From the NCBI RefSeq assembly GCF_006345805.1, contig NW_021824290.1:1-21030 (forward strand): a stretch of DNA of 21,030 bases. The letters run 5' to 3'. The notes below the pieces were generated by a model that saw only the letters and a list, made by a program, of their open reading frames with translations, searched no databases and was not told where the DNA came from. Source of the stretch: Octopus sinensis. Lineage: Eukaryota. Position 1 is the stretch's first letter; the number at the start of each line of letters is the position of its first letter. The position numbers were made by a program, and so were the translations under genes. This document shows positions 19,506 to 21,030 of this stretch, one piece after another.

Positions 19506-20617
19506 CTAAAATTTGGAACCAGTTTTTAGAATTTTAAAATAATACATTTTTAAAAGTAAAAACTTTCTGGGAAATTAAGGGTTTAATCTTACTTGATCAA
19601 TTATATCGTTGGATTTTCTGATCATAGAATTCTTAAAATATATATTTTATATTTTTAAAAATGAGATTTAAAAAAATAAGGGTTATAAAATCTAAGCGTT
19701 TAAAAAAAGAAGACATTGTACAGAGTTTGTGGTTAAACAAAAAATACAAGCTTGAAATAAAGTAGCATTTAAAACACTAATATTAATATTCATTTATTTA
19801 TGCATTTATTTATTTATTTACTTGCAATGTTTGGATAAAATGCCACTGACCTTCCGTGATTAGTAAACTTGATGCTGGTCATGTTCCATTTAAGACGTCA
19901 TAAGTCAACACCTGCAAGAAAGCTATGAGCGAAAAAGAAATTCCAGAGAGCTGATGCTCTGTGGAGAAAGAACAAAGCATAGTGGTGACTGCAGGGCCTT
20001 GGAAGTTGGGCCCAACAAGAGTGGAAAGTGGTGGAGAGATGAGCGAACCGAGTGGGCATAGTGAGCCTGAGAAGAGATACAAGTGAAGCCAGCTGCGAGG
20101 AACATAAGCTGTTATAATAGCGATAGAAAATAAGTACATAGAGAAGAGATAGCTGCCTGTGGGCCGAGGCTGGATCGTTTCGTTTGGAAACATGAGTTAA
20201 AAAACTAAAAGCATTATAGACTATTCTAAATATGATATATGCAAGTGATCAGTGTTGCTGAACAATTTGCAAAATGGTTGGTTGTTTCTGTCATTTTGTC
20301 AACAGAGCTATACATAGTCTGTTGTCAGGACATTTCTTACGTAAATATCAGAGAAGACAAGATAACCCCCAACCCCATGAATCATTTAAGGGCTTCCGTC
20401 ATTGGTGAGTGAATGCGAGGAAGTTACTTTCAGACTCGGGACCTGCTAAATGCCTACAAAACGATGGACAAGGCTAAAAGCGTCCAACAGCCATATGGTG
20501 ATGTTAAACTGGATAATCAGTCACGAATAGCATCTCAAAACAGTAACAGTTTCTTCGATGGGTTTCCAAAGAGCTTTTGTCAAATAAATAAGGTTTGATT
20601 GTTCTCAGATTATTGTA

Positions 20618-21030
20618 AAAATGCGTAGCCGTATTTCGTCTGCCGCTACGTTCTGAGTTCAAATTCCGCCGAGGTCGACTTTGCCTTTCATCCTATAGGG
20701 AACGATTAAATAAGTACCAGTTATGCACTGGGGTCGATATAATCGACTTAATCAGCTTGTCTGTCCTTATTTGTCCTCTCTGTGTTTAGCCCCTTGTAAG
20801 TAGTAAAGAAATAGGTATTTCATCTGCCTTTACGTTCTGAGTTCAAATTCCGCCGAGGTCGAATTTGCCTTTCATCCTTTCGGGAACGATTAAATAAGTA
20901 CCAGTTATGCACTGGGGTCGATATAATCGACTTAAACAGCTTGTCTGTCCTTATTTGTCCTCTCTGAGTTTAGCCCCTTGTAAGTAGTAAAGAAATGGGT
21001 ATTTCGTCTGCCGCTACGTTCTGAGTTCAA
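20618..21030 (+). repeat. Tandem array of a 184-bp SINE family 3-derived unit (2.2 copies visible, runs off the window)
   Basis: Units begin gtatttc at 20631, 20815 and 20999; units 1 and 2 differ at 9 of 184 positions; each has a B-box-like gagttcaaattcc. Confidence 0.93.

Noticed and set aside
20413-20598. 61-aa ORF MRGSYFQTRDLL...
   Set aside because: Short, no motif, expected by chance.
20631-21030. 184-bp array as 5S rDNA, tRNA or snRNA repeats
   Set aside because: The unit is homologous to the SINE monomer at 19328 and lacks 5S/snRNA sequence.

Overview
Animal (eukaryotic) non-coding DNA. The dense compound microsatellites and tRNA-headed SINEs look like an octopod cephalopod genome (inference from repeat content). 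No host gene, true tRNA/rRNA gene or CRISPR array is recognisable, and most listed ORFs are microsatellite translations. The window is a stack of mobile-element remnants: three decayed mariner elements (one a 501-bp TIR-bounded deletion derivative, one carrying a TTCGAA-repeat foldback insert), a CR1-group RT fragment, Penelope-like (PLE) 3' ends, an RTE-like 5' region, about ten copies of one tRNA-headed SINE family plus two other SINE families, and a 184-bp SINE-derived tandem array. Two things stand out. (1) A ~2.0-kb non-LTR element (14214-16218, minus) with only an L1/Tx1-type ORF1 (RRM-like region plus CCHC knuckle, no RT), a 3x29-bp 5' UTR repeat and a 14-15-bp target-site duplication, which splits the tRNA head of a SINE: a candidate 'half-L1'-like family. 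(2) Five minimal type I hammerhead-ribozyme motifs; two have complete cores (11504-11538, 17977-18022) and three related copies show compensatory changes in stem I.
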